Part shown: positions 48,571 through 58,751 of the stretch, piece by piece | How the letters are laid out: each line of letters starts with the position of its first letter | How positions within the stretch are numbered: the first letter of the stretch is position 1 | Source: a virus | Lineage: Duplodnaviria; Heunggongvirae; Uroviricota; Caudoviricetes | IMG/VR virus record: IMGVR_UViG_3300028886_000031 | Span: 1-64,000 of that record | DNA: 64,000 nt | Reading direction: 5' to 3' (one strand) | Program-made: the position numbers and the translations under genes | The notes under the pieces: model-generated | What the model was told of the DNA's origin: nothing | Seen by the model: only the letters and a program-made list of their open reading frames with translations | Database searches by the model: none

Positions 48571-51500
48571 TAAAACTTATAGATATGCAGAAGGCACCTG
48601 ATAAGCTGCCTGAAGTTACATCATCAGAGTATACAATAGGTTCTAAAAGTTTGCTCTTCCATCCAGAAGGTCTTTTTTCTGAGGTTATTTTTGGACCGAA
48701 GGATGATAATAGACGTAGAACACAATACGCTTACATAGATCTTCATTGTAAGATACTTCATCCACAACTTGTCAAATGTGTAAATAGATTTAATAGAAAA
48801 ATTATTATGGCATTAAATAGAGAGTGTCAGTATAATTTTGATGCTAATGATGAACTTGTCGAAGTTCCTGAAGATGGTGAAATTAATGGAGTAACTTCTA
48901 TTATACAAAACTTTGATAGAATAATTAACGCACGTTCAGAGAAAACAAGAATACGTCAAGACATTAAAAAGATGTTAAAGGCATACCATTCAAAGGGGAT
49001 GGTGTTTATAGATAAGTGTATTGTTATTCCTCCATTCTGGAGAGAAGCCAACGCTGATGTTGTAGATGAACGTGGAGGATTAAGAATTCCAAAAATTAAT
49101 GAATTTTATCAAAGAATTATTAAGTTATCAAGACAGATAGCATCCATGCCTATGATGAATCCTGGAGAAATTATATATGAGATTCATGCAGCAAAGATGC
49201 AAAAATATGTAAATGAACTTGTTGATTTTATAATTGCTAGAGTAAGTAAGAAGAGTGGACTTGTTAGACAGGATATTCTTGGAAAGAGAATAGACTTCTG
49301 TGGGCGCGCCGTTATTATTGGAGGTTCCTATGAAATTAAACCAGACGAAATAGGAATTCCTTTTAAGATGCTTGTAAAACTATACGAGCCTTTTATTTTA
49401 CATGAACTTTATTATGGTGAACAGACAGATAAAAAAACATTAGAAAAAGAACTTCTAGCATACAATGATTCTGCGTATTCTCTTGTAGCATTGAGACAAT
49501 TGTTAAATGATATTCAGAAGGGACATGTACTTCCTCCAGTCTTAAATACAATATTGGTGGATTGTGTAAAAAGAGTTATTGTTGATAAGGTTGTTATAGC
49601 AAAACGTGACCCGCCGTTACATGCTGAATCTGTAAGAGCGTTTAAGCCAGTCTTTGTAGAGGGATCATCAATTAGAATTGCACCAACTTGCTGTAGTGGA
49701 TTTAATGCTGACTTCGATGGCGATACAATGGCTGTTTACGCACCTTTGACAAGGCAATCTATCGAAGAGGTCAAGGAGAAGATGCTTGTTCCATATTCTA
49801 TGGACGGTATGAAAAAAGTATGTGATGATTTGTCAAAAGACTATTGTGTTGGACTTTATAATCTTACCAAGGATAATATTAAGTTCAAAAACATTCAACC
49901 TAAAATTATTAAAGATGATAAAGAGTTAGATTCACTTCACCCAAATTATCCAATTTTAATAAACGGAAAAGTAACAACCGTTGGAAGATACATGTTCAAT
50001 AAGTATGTTCCTGATAAATCTTATAGAATAGATCATGCTATTAATAAGAACAGCATTAATGACATGATTACAAGATGTGCCAACGATTATTATCAAGACC
50101 ATCCAGAGATATATTCTAATTTCGTCAATAAAATAATTGAACTTGGATCTAAATATTATACTTTAATGCCTGTAACGTTTTCGTTGGATGATCTACAGGT
50201 TCCGGCATCTATTATGAAATTAAAGGATAAACTTGTAAATGCTACTCCAGAACAGGCACAATTAATTATTACGAAGATGGAGAGACTCCTTAAAGATTAT
50301 CTGGAAGAGAATCAGTTGAATTTTGGTATCGTTGGTGCTGGTGGTGGATTAAAAGGTGGATATGGACAATTAAGACAGATTCTTATATGTAAAGGTATTA
50401 TATCTGGTCCAGGAGGAAAAATTCTAACGATTACGGATTCCTATGGCTCAGGAATGACATCTAAAGACCATTTTGATTCTGGATTTGCTTCCAGAAACGG
50501 TATTGCCGATAGAGTTCTTAATACTGCAGATACTGGATATTTAAGTAGAAGATTAGCTTATGCACTTCAAAGAGTTGAATGTGATCCAACAATATTGGAT
50601 TGTGGAACAAGAAAAACAATATCTGTTAAAGTCACAAGTGATATTGCTAAAAGATTAGCTGGTCGATATGTATATAATGACAATAACAAGCTTGAGTTGT
50701 TTGATGCTGATAAATGGCTGGATAAGGTCGTTAGGTTAAGAACTCCTATATATTGTACTACTACAAAATTATGTAGACATTGCTATGGTGAACTTTCTGT
50801 TAGAAATAGAACTAAGAATGTCGGAATTCTTGCTGCCCAAATTATGGGAGAAAGACTAAGTCAAAGCATTATGAAAACATTCCATGTTGGTGGTTCCATT
50901 AACGTTAAGATTATAGATATCAGAAAAGTTTTAACGGAAATGATGGATCAAAATCAAAAACTTTTATTCGATAAGCAGTTTAAATGTACAGAGGACTCTA
51001 AATTAATTGCTAACATGCCTGGAAAGATTATTATAGAAAAAACATTTTATAAGGATAAAAAGGACATTACAATTAGTGATGATAAAATAGAGGCAAGTTA
51101 TGGATACTTCTATATTGATGCTGGTGGTAGAAAAATAGACTGTACGATAGACAATAAGATAGAAATACCTCTTCAAAGCAAACAAATGACAGAGGATGAC
51201 AAACAATATACTATAGATTTTCCAATAAATGATGTTGTGTTCTTATGTGTTCCAACTCCGGATATTCTCTCTAAGAAAATTAAAGTAATTGAGAATGTAT
51301 TTAATGGTAAGACACCATATAAAACACCTGACCATTATGTGAAGAAAATATATGAGATATATAAAGATCTTGGATGTGGAGCCGATTATGTACATTTTGA
51401 AACATTTACATCAAATATTCTAAGAGATGCACATAATCCATCTTATCCAGCAAGGTTAAATACAAAGAATTATTCTCCTTTAATTATTTCTTTGAATAGT

Positions 51501-51632
51501 ATTCCAACTCAGGAGTCATGGCTACAGGCGTTCTGTTTCCAAGATTCTAAGGATGCCATTACAACAGGATTATTATATGATCGAAATCCAGAGCCAACAA
51601 TTCTGGAAAGATTAGCAATGTCAGATATTTAA
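48567..51632 (+). CDS. rpoC: DNA-directed RNA polymerase beta' subunit (unsplit)
   Basis: GLFSEVIFGP, GKRIDFCGRAVI, RDPPLH, catalytic NADFDGD, bridge helix TADTGYLSRRL, Zn site DCGT...C...CRHCYG, trigger loop GERLSQSIMKTFH. Confidence 0.97.
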   Translation: MIKLIDMQKAPDKLPEVTSSEYTIGSKSLLFHPEGLFSEVIFGPKDDNRRRTQYAYIDLHCKILHPQLVKCVNRFNRKIIMALNRECQYNFDANDELVEVPEDGEINGVTSIIQNFDRIINARSEKTRIRQDIKKMLKAYHSKGMVFIDKCIVIPPFWREANADVVDERGGLRIPKINEFYQRIIKLSRQIASMPMMNPGEIIYEIHAAKMQKYVNELVDFIIARVSKKSGLVRQDILGKRIDFCGRAVIIGGSYEIKPDEIGIPFKMLVKLYEPFILHELYYGEQTDKKTLEKELLAYNDSAYSLVALRQLLNDIQKGHVLPPVLNTILVDCVKRVIVDKVVIAKRDPPLHAESVRAFKPVFVEGSSIRIAPTCCSGFNADFDGDTMAVYAPLTRQSIEEVKEKMLVPYSMDGMKKVCDDLSKDYCVGLYNLTKDNIKFKNIQPKIIKDDKELDSLHPNYPILINGKVTTVGRYMFNKYVPDKSYRIDHAINKNSINDMITRCANDYYQDHPEIYSNFVNKIIELGSKYYTLMPVTFSLDDLQVPASIMKLKDKLVNATPEQAQLIITKMERLLKDYLEENQLNFGIVGAGGGLKGGYGQLRQILICKGIISGPGGKILTITDSYGSGMTSKDHFDSGFASRNGIADRVLNTADTGYLSRRLAYALQRVECDPTILDCGTRKTISVKVTSDIAKRLAGRYVYNDNNKLELFDADKWLDKVVRLRTPIYCTTTKLCRHCYGELSVRNRTKNVGILAAQIMGERLSQSIMKTFHVGGSINVKIIDIRKVLTEMMDQNQKLLFDKQFKCTEDSKLIANMPGKIIIEKTFYKDKKDITISDDKIEASYGYFYIDAGGRKIDCTIDNKIEIPLQSKQMTEDDKQYTIDFPINDVVFLCVPTPDILSKKIKVIENVFNGKTPYKTPDHYVKKIYEIYKDLGCGADYVHFETFTSNILRDAHNPSYPARLNTKNYSPLIISLNSIPTQESWLQAFCFQDSKDAITTGLLYDRNPEPTILERLAMSDI

Positions 51633-51641
51633 GGATTTAAT

Positions 51642-54600
51642 ATGATTAGACTAGATAAACTTAAACTTTTTCCATTCAGAACACAGGAAATTTTCTTTCC
51701 TGGAACTGGATCTGCTGATGTTCCTTTAAATATTGTATTCTTCCCAGAGAATTCGAATTTTAATTTGGCATATAGAAAGCTTAGAATACAGAAGCGTTTT
51801 GCTAGGTATGGAACTGTTGTTCCAGCAAAAATTCCAAGACTAATGTGGAATAGAGAAATTATTTCACAATACATGTTGTTTAGGATGCTTCCAATTAGAA
51901 ATTTTAATCCTCAGATTAAAAATGTCTTTTTTGATACAACAATGTATCTATCTAAAGTGGATGCTAGATATAAAAAAGGATCTTACAGACGTCCACTTGT
52001 TCTAGAAAAGATACAGGAATATTTGAAATCCATTAGTTCTATATGGCCTGCTAGAGAGAATGTTCTTATTTATTATGTGGATACAACACAGAATATTCCA
52101 GAACTCATATATAATAAACGTGCTTGGATATTAATGGATGGATTTAAAAAAGGAGAGTTAATGGGATTCCATTACATTCTTCTCTGTGTATATAATGGAA
52201 AAAAGACTGTTTATTATTGTCTTAAAAATACAGAAAAATGTCTTCCATGGACAAGGTTATTTACAATATTCCAGACTTTAAAACACAAGATTGATAGTAA
52301 TGCTCTAGAACAATCTGTTAATGATATAAGTGATGATGTTATTATAACATCTAAACTAGACGAGGATGATGTCACAAGCAATATTATTAATACGGATAAT
52401 AAGACTGGAATATTTAGTAATATTCAAACTACACAGAAACAAGAGGTCTTAAATAATAAGGATCAGCCTCAACAAAAAGTAGAAAAGATAGATGTAATAG
52501 GAATTGATAAATTAGATGTTTCAAAAAATGAAGAAAAGACAAAGAACATTGTTAAACAGTTTCTTTATAATAAACCGAAGTTAACATCAGCGTTAAAGAA
52601 GCAACCGATTACACCATATACATCACAAAAATTAATTTTAACATCTATTCTTCAAAAGAATTTTAAAGATACAAAGTTAGTTAGAAATGCAGTTCAAAAA
52701 ATAGATCCAAAGAACTATAAACTAGCAATTGATAATTTAAAGTCTACAGTTGTTCCGAATATAGTGGAACATGATAAGTATGAAAACAATGCTAGAGAGT
52801 ATGTCTACTGTGATAGTCATATTAATGACATTAATGATCATAAGAATCCGAGTGCTATTTTAAATAAAAGAAAAGTAGATTTCAACAAGAATTTTGAACA
52901 GGATCTTTATAATTCACTTCTTGAATTATCTAAAAATAAGAAATATCCTTTGTATATTAAGGAGATTAAATCAGAATCTATACCTATTACTCCTGGTGAT
53001 CTAAGACCATCTAAGAATAGAAGATATACAATTAGACTTATGGATGAAAAGAAAAGGATCCATGAGATTAACATAGATATTCCAGAAATACAGAAAGATG
53101 GAACATTCTTAATTAATGGCAACAGAAAGTTTTTCATGTATCAATTAATAATTGATCCTATCTTTTTCTTGGCTAAGGACGAAGGTAAACTTCAAACTGC
53201 ATATGCTACAATTACTGTATTTAGAAAAACAACCAAATATAAGTCTTATTTCGAAGCATACGTAACTGGTTACAATATTCCGTTATCACTTCTTTTTATA
53301 TACTATATTGGTTTTGATCAGATGTGTAAGTTGTTCGGTATTAAATATGAAAAGACAACGGAAGAAATTGCTAAACAACAAGATTGCTATTATATACCTT
53401 TCTTGGATAAGAATGCTATAATTTTTCCAAATTATAAAGGTTTGGATACAATTCCAGCTTATGTCTATTCATTACTGGAATCTATTAAGGAAATTAAAGC
53501 ATTAAATAGTATAAACGATTTATATGATAAGAATTCTATAGCTAATCTGTTAATAGAACAGACTCAAAACAGAAATAGTTTGTTTAAAATAGATCAGATA
53601 TTGAAAAATATTATGGAGCCTATTGCTGTTCAAATATTAAAGGCAAAGATGCTTCCTACGCAATTGGCTAGATGTTTACTTTATATCTGCGTTAATATAG
53701 CAAATGGGAGAGTAGATGATAGAAATGATATAAGCAAGCAGAGAATACGTTGTTCTGAAGTCATGTCATATCAGATACAGAAACAATTACAGAAGTCCTA
53801 TTCTCAATACGAAATGGATAGGGAACATGGAAATGATAATGCTGTATTCTTCTGTGACACGAAAGATATTATTAGCAAGATTCTAGTTGGAACAAAGATT
53901 GTCTCACAAAGTGGCGAGTCTGGATCTTCTTCTTTGGTTAGAGAGTTGGATAATGCAAATCCGTACGATGAACTTGCTTGTATGACTGCTATTACGCCAA
54001 CTGGAGATGGAGGTGTACAGAATGCTGATGGATTGACAATGGATTTCAGAAATACACATCCAACATATTATGGAAATATAGATGCTTGTGATACCCCAGA
54101 GGGAAACAACATTGGTATTCTAAACCATTTGACTGTAGATGCTTTAATCGGTAATAGTAGAGGAAGTTTTGGTAAGGTAGAAGAAGGAAATGATGTAGGT
54201 ACGGGATCTCTATCTGCATGTACAGTATCTGTTCCATTTGTTAACCATGATGATGGATGTCGTGTAATGCTCTCTTGTTCGCAAGGAAAACAGGCGATCC
54301 CTATCATTGGTAACGAGAAACCTTTGGTTCAAACTGGGTACGAGACAATAATGACATCGATGCTAACAGAATCTTATGTTAAGAAGGCGTATTTTGATGG
54401 TGTTGTTAGTAAGGTAACTCCAAACTCTATTGTTATTACGTCTAAAACTGGTCAAAATCAAATAGTGGAATTTGACCATCCAATTTTAAAGACTTCTGTT
54501 GGACAGATTAAAGGTTCTTTAAACTCATTCCATTCTGTTGTCCAAGTTGGACAAACTGTTAAAGAAGGACAGATAGTTGCCGAAGGTAAGCATATTAAGG

Positions 54601-55970
54601 ATGGTATTATTTCTGTGGGATGTAATCTCTTGGTTGCTGTTATGGGATGGAAAGGATATGCTTTTGAAGATGGCTATATTATATCAGAAAATGTAGCGAA
54701 AAGTAAATTTACATCTACTTCATATGAAGAAAAAGAGGTTCTTATTACATCTGATGATGATGTAAAGTATATTGCTGAATGTGGTCAGTTTACACAATCT
54801 GGAGATACATTGTTAATTAGAACATCTAAAAACATCCAAGAAATACTTGGAATAGATTCTAGTGAAGTAATAGATGGACAACATATATTAAAATCTCCTG
54901 GAGGAAAAATTATTGATATAGAGATATATCCAAATATTTCTATTTCTAAGTTTCCAGTATTAAGAGCTGAGTATGAAAGATTTAAGGCTAAGTATCAAGA
55001 AACAAAAGGAGAATTCCCGAAGAAGTTCTTTAATGCTAAATCTGGTGATAATGGACCATTCCAAGGAATTAGAATTGTATTTAAAATAGAACGTTATGAT
55101 TCTTGTGTTCTTGGTGATAAGATTGCTAACAGTCATGGTGGAAAAGGAACTCTGACCATGATCGAAAAAGATGAAAATATGCCAATAACTCCTTGGGGTG
55201 AAAAAGTAGATATTTTATTTAATCCATTGGCTGTTGTTAATAGAATGAATCCAGGAACAATTTATGAACTTTATACTGGTTTAATTGCCAAATGCCTTGC
55301 TAGAAGATTTGTACAATTTGGATATAATAAGAATGATAAAGCCATAGCCCTAGCATCTAAAGTATATGAGTTAATGGATAATACAAAGAATAAGGTTCTG
55401 AGTACAAACTTAATTAAATCATTAAAAGCATTAACAAATCAACAATACACAAAGTTTGTAAATCAGATTATAGATGATAACTATGTTATGCCGATTTATG
55501 TTCCACAATTTCAAGAACCAACAATACAGATGATAGAAGAAACTATGAAATTCCTTGGTCTTAAAAAGAGATATTATCTCGATTTACCGGAATTTAAGAG
55601 TAAAACTCTAGAGCCTGTTGCTGTTGGATATCTATATTATAAGAAATTGGAACAACAAGCCGAATATAAACAATCTGTAAGATCTACAGGTAGGTATAAT
55701 CAGGCAACTGGTCAGGCAACGCAAGGTAAATCAGCTGGTGGTGGACAGAGAGTTGGTGAAATGGATACATGGTGTCTTATTTCACATGGTGCAGAAACGA
55801 CATTAAAGGAACTTATGGGTGGTCTTTCCGATGATATGGCTACAAAGAATGAGATGATATCTGATATTATTAATAATGGCTATACTGAATATAAAGAACC
55901 TAGACGTTCTCCATCTACGGAAAGATTGAAAGTGTATCTTACAGGAACCATGATAGAGACGGATTTCTAA
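51642..55970 (+). CDS. rpoB: DNA-directed RNA polymerase beta subunit (unsplit, N-terminal extension)
   Basis: GTFLING, TPEGNNIG, KQAIP, GYAFED, GDKIANSHGGKG, RMNPG, YYKKL, GGQRVGEMD. Confidence 0.97.
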   Translation: MIRLDKLKLFPFRTQEIFFPGTGSADVPLNIVFFPENSNFNLAYRKLRIQKRFARYGTVVPAKIPRLMWNREIISQYMLFRMLPIRNFNPQIKNVFFDTTMYLSKVDARYKKGSYRRPLVLEKIQEYLKSISSIWPARENVLIYYVDTTQNIPELIYNKRAWILMDGFKKGELMGFHYILLCVYNGKKTVYYCLKNTEKCLPWTRLFTIFQTLKHKIDSNALEQSVNDISDDVIITSKLDEDDVTSNIINTDNKTGIFSNIQTTQKQEVLNNKDQPQQKVEKIDVIGIDKLDVSKNEEKTKNIVKQFLYNKPKLTSALKKQPITPYTSQKLILTSILQKNFKDTKLVRNAVQKIDPKNYKLAIDNLKSTVVPNIVEHDKYENNAREYVYCDSHINDINDHKNPSAILNKRKVDFNKNFEQDLYNSLLELSKNKKYPLYIKEIKSESIPITPGDLRPSKNRRYTIRLMDEKKRIHEINIDIPEIQKDGTFLINGNRKFFMYQLIIDPIFFLAKDEGKLQTAYATITVFRKTTKYKSYFEAYVTGYNIPLSLLFIYYIGFDQMCKLFGIKYEKTTEEIAKQQDCYYIPFLDKNAIIFPNYKGLDTIPAYVYSLLESIKEIKALNSINDLYDKNSIANLLIEQTQNRNSLFKIDQILKNIMEPIAVQILKAKMLPTQLARCLLYICVNIANGRVDDRNDISKQRIRCSEVMSYQIQKQLQKSYSQYEMDREHGNDNAVFFCDTKDIISKILVGTKIVSQSGESGSSSLVRELDNANPYDELACMTAITPTGDGGVQNADGLTMDFRNTHPTYYGNIDACDTPEGNNIGILNHLTVDALIGNSRGSFGKVEEGNDVGTGSLSACTVSVPFVNHDDGCRVMLSCSQGKQAIPIIGNEKPLVQTGYETIMTSMLTESYVKKAYFDGVVSKVTPNSIVITSKTGQNQIVEFDHPILKTSVGQIKGSLNSFHSVVQVGQTVKEGQIVAEGKHIKDGIISVGCNLLVAVMGWKGYAFEDGYIISENVAKSKFTSTSYEEKEVLITSDDDVKYIAECGQFTQSGDTLLIRTSKNIQEILGIDSSEVIDGQHILKSPGGKIIDIEIYPNISISKFPVLRAEYERFKAKYQETKGEFPKKFFNAKSGDNGPFQGIRIVFKIERYDSCVLGDKIANSHGGKGTLTMIEKDENMPITPWGEKVDILFNPLAVVNRMNPGTIYELYTGLIAKCLARRFVQFGYNKNDKAIALASKVYELMDNTKNKVLSTNLIKSLKALTNQQYTKFVNQIIDDNYVMPIYVPQFQEPTIQMIEETMKFLGLKKRYYLDLPEFKSKTLEPVAVGYLYYKKLEQQAEYKQSVRSTGRYNQATGQATQGKSAGGGQRVGEMDTWCLISHGAETTLKELMGGLSDDMATKNEMISDIINNGYTEYKEPRRSPSTERLKVYLTGTMIETDF

Positions 55971-56001
55971 TCATGAATAAATTTAAATTAACGTTAATTT
56001 T

Positions 56002-56694
56002 ATGGATATAAGAATGAAAAAGAAAACACAAAAACAAAATAGGCAGTACGATTGTTTTGTTGTTAGTGAATCTTTTGGTGGACAAGCTCTAAAGGGTTTG
56101 CAACATTTTTCTAGAGCTAGTTATGGTCAAGCTGCTTTGAGAGGTGCTGGAGTTGGAGCTTCCGTTGGCGGTGTTGGAAATATGGTCAACAATGTTATGA
56201 AAAGAGATGATGATCCAACAAAAGTCGGGCTCGGAAAGGCGTTTATAAAAGGCGCTGCTGGAGGTGCTACAACAGGTGCTGCACTTGGCATGGGTACTAG
56301 ATTCGTAACAAATAGACAATTTGCACAGGATGCTATGCAAAATTTGGCACAAAAGGTCCATGCAGAGAAAGTTACAGCTGCTGGAAGACAGGCAGCGAAT
56401 AATGCTGTTAAATCTGGTATAACAGATCCAAGACGCGTTGGTGAAGAAGTTAGAAAAGCTGAGATTGCTGCAAACCAATCATTTGCTAAAGAATATGGCT
56501 ATAAATATTTTCAGGGTAAGCATGGTGGTCCAGACCAATTAAAGATTACTACAGGACAAGTTCCATGGACTGGTGAAGCTAAAGCCGCACGTAGACGCTA
56601 TTACGATTTACAAAGTTTTGTACCAGATTATATAGCTGGTGAAGAAAGACAGTTACCTGAAGTTCTTACACAAGCAGCCAATAGAAGATATTAA
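56002..56694 (+). CDS. glycine-zipper protein
   Basis: GAGVGASVGGVG, GAAGGATTGAALGMG; VVSE motif; GAATAAATTTAAA upstream. Confidence 0.6.
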   Translation: MDIRMKKKTQKQNRQYDCFVVSESFGGQALKGLQHFSRASYGQAALRGAGVGASVGGVGNMVNNVMKRDDDPTKVGLGKAFIKGAAGGATTGAALGMGTRFVTNRQFAQDAMQNLAQKVHAEKVTAAGRQAANNAVKSGITDPRRVGEEVRKAEIAANQSFAKEYGYKYFQGKHGGPDQLKITTGQVPWTGEAKAARRRYYDLQSFVPDYIAGEERQLPEVLTQAANRRY

Positions 56695-57328
56695 TAAAAT
56701 GCTAGATGATAAGTTAGTAGATTATATTAGTGCTATTAAATCACCATTTGAGGAAGAAAATGAAACCCAACAGGATTTAGAGTATGACGGATATATGAAA
56801 TATTTCCGGGATTGTATGATTAAATCTGTTGGAACTAAAGAATCAGCAATACAATTTGATTTGTATTGGGATGAATTTAAATCAAGTTGTGACGAACAGC
56901 AATTTAGACAGTTTCTAAGTAATGTACTTAATTCCATCATTAAACATTATAAAATGTCATATTTAAGTTCTCTATTACAAGAGAATGAATATTCAGATGA
57001 TGATATTATAGATTTCATAAACTTTATAGTATACAACAACTGGTTAGAATATTTTCCGAGATGTCTTGATTATATAGATGAAAAAATATTAACGAATGAT
57101 TCTATGGTTAAGATATTCTTAACAAGTGATTATGATAATTTTATATCTAAACTAGATAAGTATAAAAGATGTAATATTTTAATAAGAGAATATTTTAAGT
57201 ATTGTAGTAAAGATGATGGCGTAGAAACATTAAGATTAATTCTAAAAGATGATATGTTATCTAACTTTATAGAACAATTTAACCTGAAAAATAAACAAAA
57301 GGAAAGTAATAATGTTCAAGATCATTAA
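56639..57328 (+). CDS. hypothetical protein
   Basis: 229-aa ORF, start uncertain (ATG at 56699 possible). Confidence 0.55.
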   Translation: MKKDSYLKFLHKQPIEDINKMLDDKLVDYISAIKSPFEEENETQQDLEYDGYMKYFRDCMIKSVGTKESAIQFDLYWDEFKSSCDEQQFRQFLSNVLNSIIKHYKMSYLSSLLQENEYSDDDIIDFINFIVYNNWLEYFPRCLDYIDEKILTNDSMVKIFLTSDYDNFISKLDKYKRCNILIREYFKYCSKDDGVETLRLILKDDMLSNFIEQFNLKNKQKESNNVQDH

Positions 57329-57695
57329 ATACGGTTGTGAATATAACATAACCAAAAAATGTCTGGCATCTATTGATGCTACATATGATGGAATAATAGT
57401 TAGACTCAATGATAATACAGAGCTACGTTTTTCTATGAATGTTAGTCCGCAGGTCAAAGCAATTATTCCGATTGCTAAGATCTCAAGTTCTGATAATGTT
57501 ATTCTAAATTTAGATAACGCCATTTCTGGAAAGTATGATTCCGTACTTCAACTTGGTGCTGCTGACACAAATACAGTCACACCTCAAGTAATTATTATTC
57601 CAAATAAAACAAGCGAAGCAACATCTTCTGTGGAACAACCTAAGCCAAAGCACAGGGGTGGTCGTCCAAAGAAAGATGCTTCAAAAAATAAATAA
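57312..57695 (+). CDS. hypothetical protein with C-terminal AT-hook-like motif
   Basis: KPKHRGGRPKK. Confidence 0.6.
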   Translation: MFKIIKYGCEYNITKKCLASIDATYDGIIVRLNDNTELRFSMNVSPQVKAIIPIAKISSSDNVILNLDNAISGKYDSVLQLGAADTNTVTPQVIIIPNKTSEATSSVEQPKPKHRGGRPKKDASKNK

Positions 57696-57701
57696 GTTAT
57701 T

Positions 57702-57728
57702 TAAATGTTTCAGAAATTCAATATATAT
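57702..57728 (+). promoter_or_regulatory. putative phage promoter, class A
   Basis: TAAATG-N13-ATATATAT. Confidence 0.45.
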
Positions 57729-57791
57729 TAATTTTTGGAATATATAGAATATTATTTTTGTTTTCATTTAAAAGCAAAAAGGAATTCAACA

Positions 57792-58682
57792 ATGTCACTA
57801 ATCAACGCAAGCAGCTATGAAAATCTAAATGCCGTTTCTGCAAATGGAATGCGGCAGAGAAATCCAACTAAGTTTTTTAATACATTTATCAGTTCAGATA
57901 GACGTGGTCAGATGAATGGTGGTTTTTATCACTGTCCGGCAGGATTTGGAGATGATAACCAGAAGTTCTTTGTATTAAATCAAGATGTCGTTTATTTTAT
58001 TCCGCTCTATGTTAAGAAATATTGGGCTAAATACACTCAGGTGAAAGACAAGAATGGTCAGGAATATCCATCTTGTATTGCTTTTGGATGGGATGATAAG
58101 GTCAAGAAGATAGAAGGTGCAAAGACAGAGTATATTATTGCTGGATATCTGTGGGATAAAGATAAGAAGAATATTGTCAAGCACCAGGAAGACATGGAGG
58201 AGAATGAAATTCATGCTGGAGATCCTGTCATGATCTATTTCCGTTGCAAGGGTATTAAGTGTAATTGTGCATTTAATTTCTTGAAACGTGTAAATGAGGC
58301 AGCGAAGAATCTATCACCTCTATCGGATAATCCTACGTTCGAGACGAATGTCATCAATCCTAGAAGGTTCTTGATTAAGGCTACCATTGGTCAGTCTGAG
58401 CCTATCCATAATAGACGTTTCAAGATATTTGATTTTTATCCAGATATGCAACTTCCGGATGAACTCGTTCTTAAGATTTTGGATGCTTCTAACAATAAGC
58501 ATTTAGAAGATTTTAACAAGCAGTTTGATAAGACGGAAGAGATTAAATCTGGTGTGACGGTAAATTCAGAGTCTGATGTTCCATCTGCTCCTATAACTCA
58601 GAAGGTTGAAGAGGTAGATGTTCCGGATATGAGTGCCGATCATAATCCAGGAGATAGTTTTAACATAGATCTTAACTTCTAG
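57792..58682 (+). CDS. possible single-stranded DNA-binding protein
   Basis: SD AAGGA before ATG 57792; aromatic-rich core; acidic tail ending DSFNIDLNF. Confidence 0.4.
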   Translation: MSLINASSYENLNAVSANGMRQRNPTKFFNTFISSDRRGQMNGGFYHCPAGFGDDNQKFFVLNQDVVYFIPLYVKKYWAKYTQVKDKNGQEYPSCIAFGWDDKVKKIEGAKTEYIIAGYLWDKDKKNIVKHQEDMEENEIHAGDPVMIYFRCKGIKCNCAFNFLKRVNEAAKNLSPLSDNPTFETNVINPRRFLIKATIGQSEPIHNRRFKIFDFYPDMQLPDELVLKILDASNNKHLEDFNKQFDKTEEIKSGVTVNSESDVPSAPITQKVEEVDVPDMSADHNPGDSFNIDLNF

Positions 58683-58707
58683 ATAACAGAAGCTTAAGTT
58701 CTAAAGT

Positions 58708-58739
58708 TCAGCCATGTATGTTCTTACATACATGGCTGA
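58708..58739. terminator. stem-loop
   Basis: TCAGCCATGTATGT-TCTT-ACATACATGGCTGA (14-bp perfect stem); no U tract. Confidence 0.6.
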
Positions 58740-58751
58740 GCACTTACGCCT

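Noticed and set aside
48567-55970. Cellular rpoBC operon (bacterial chromosome)
   Set aside because: Reverse order, highly divergent, no ribosomal protein genes, surrounded by phage structural genes
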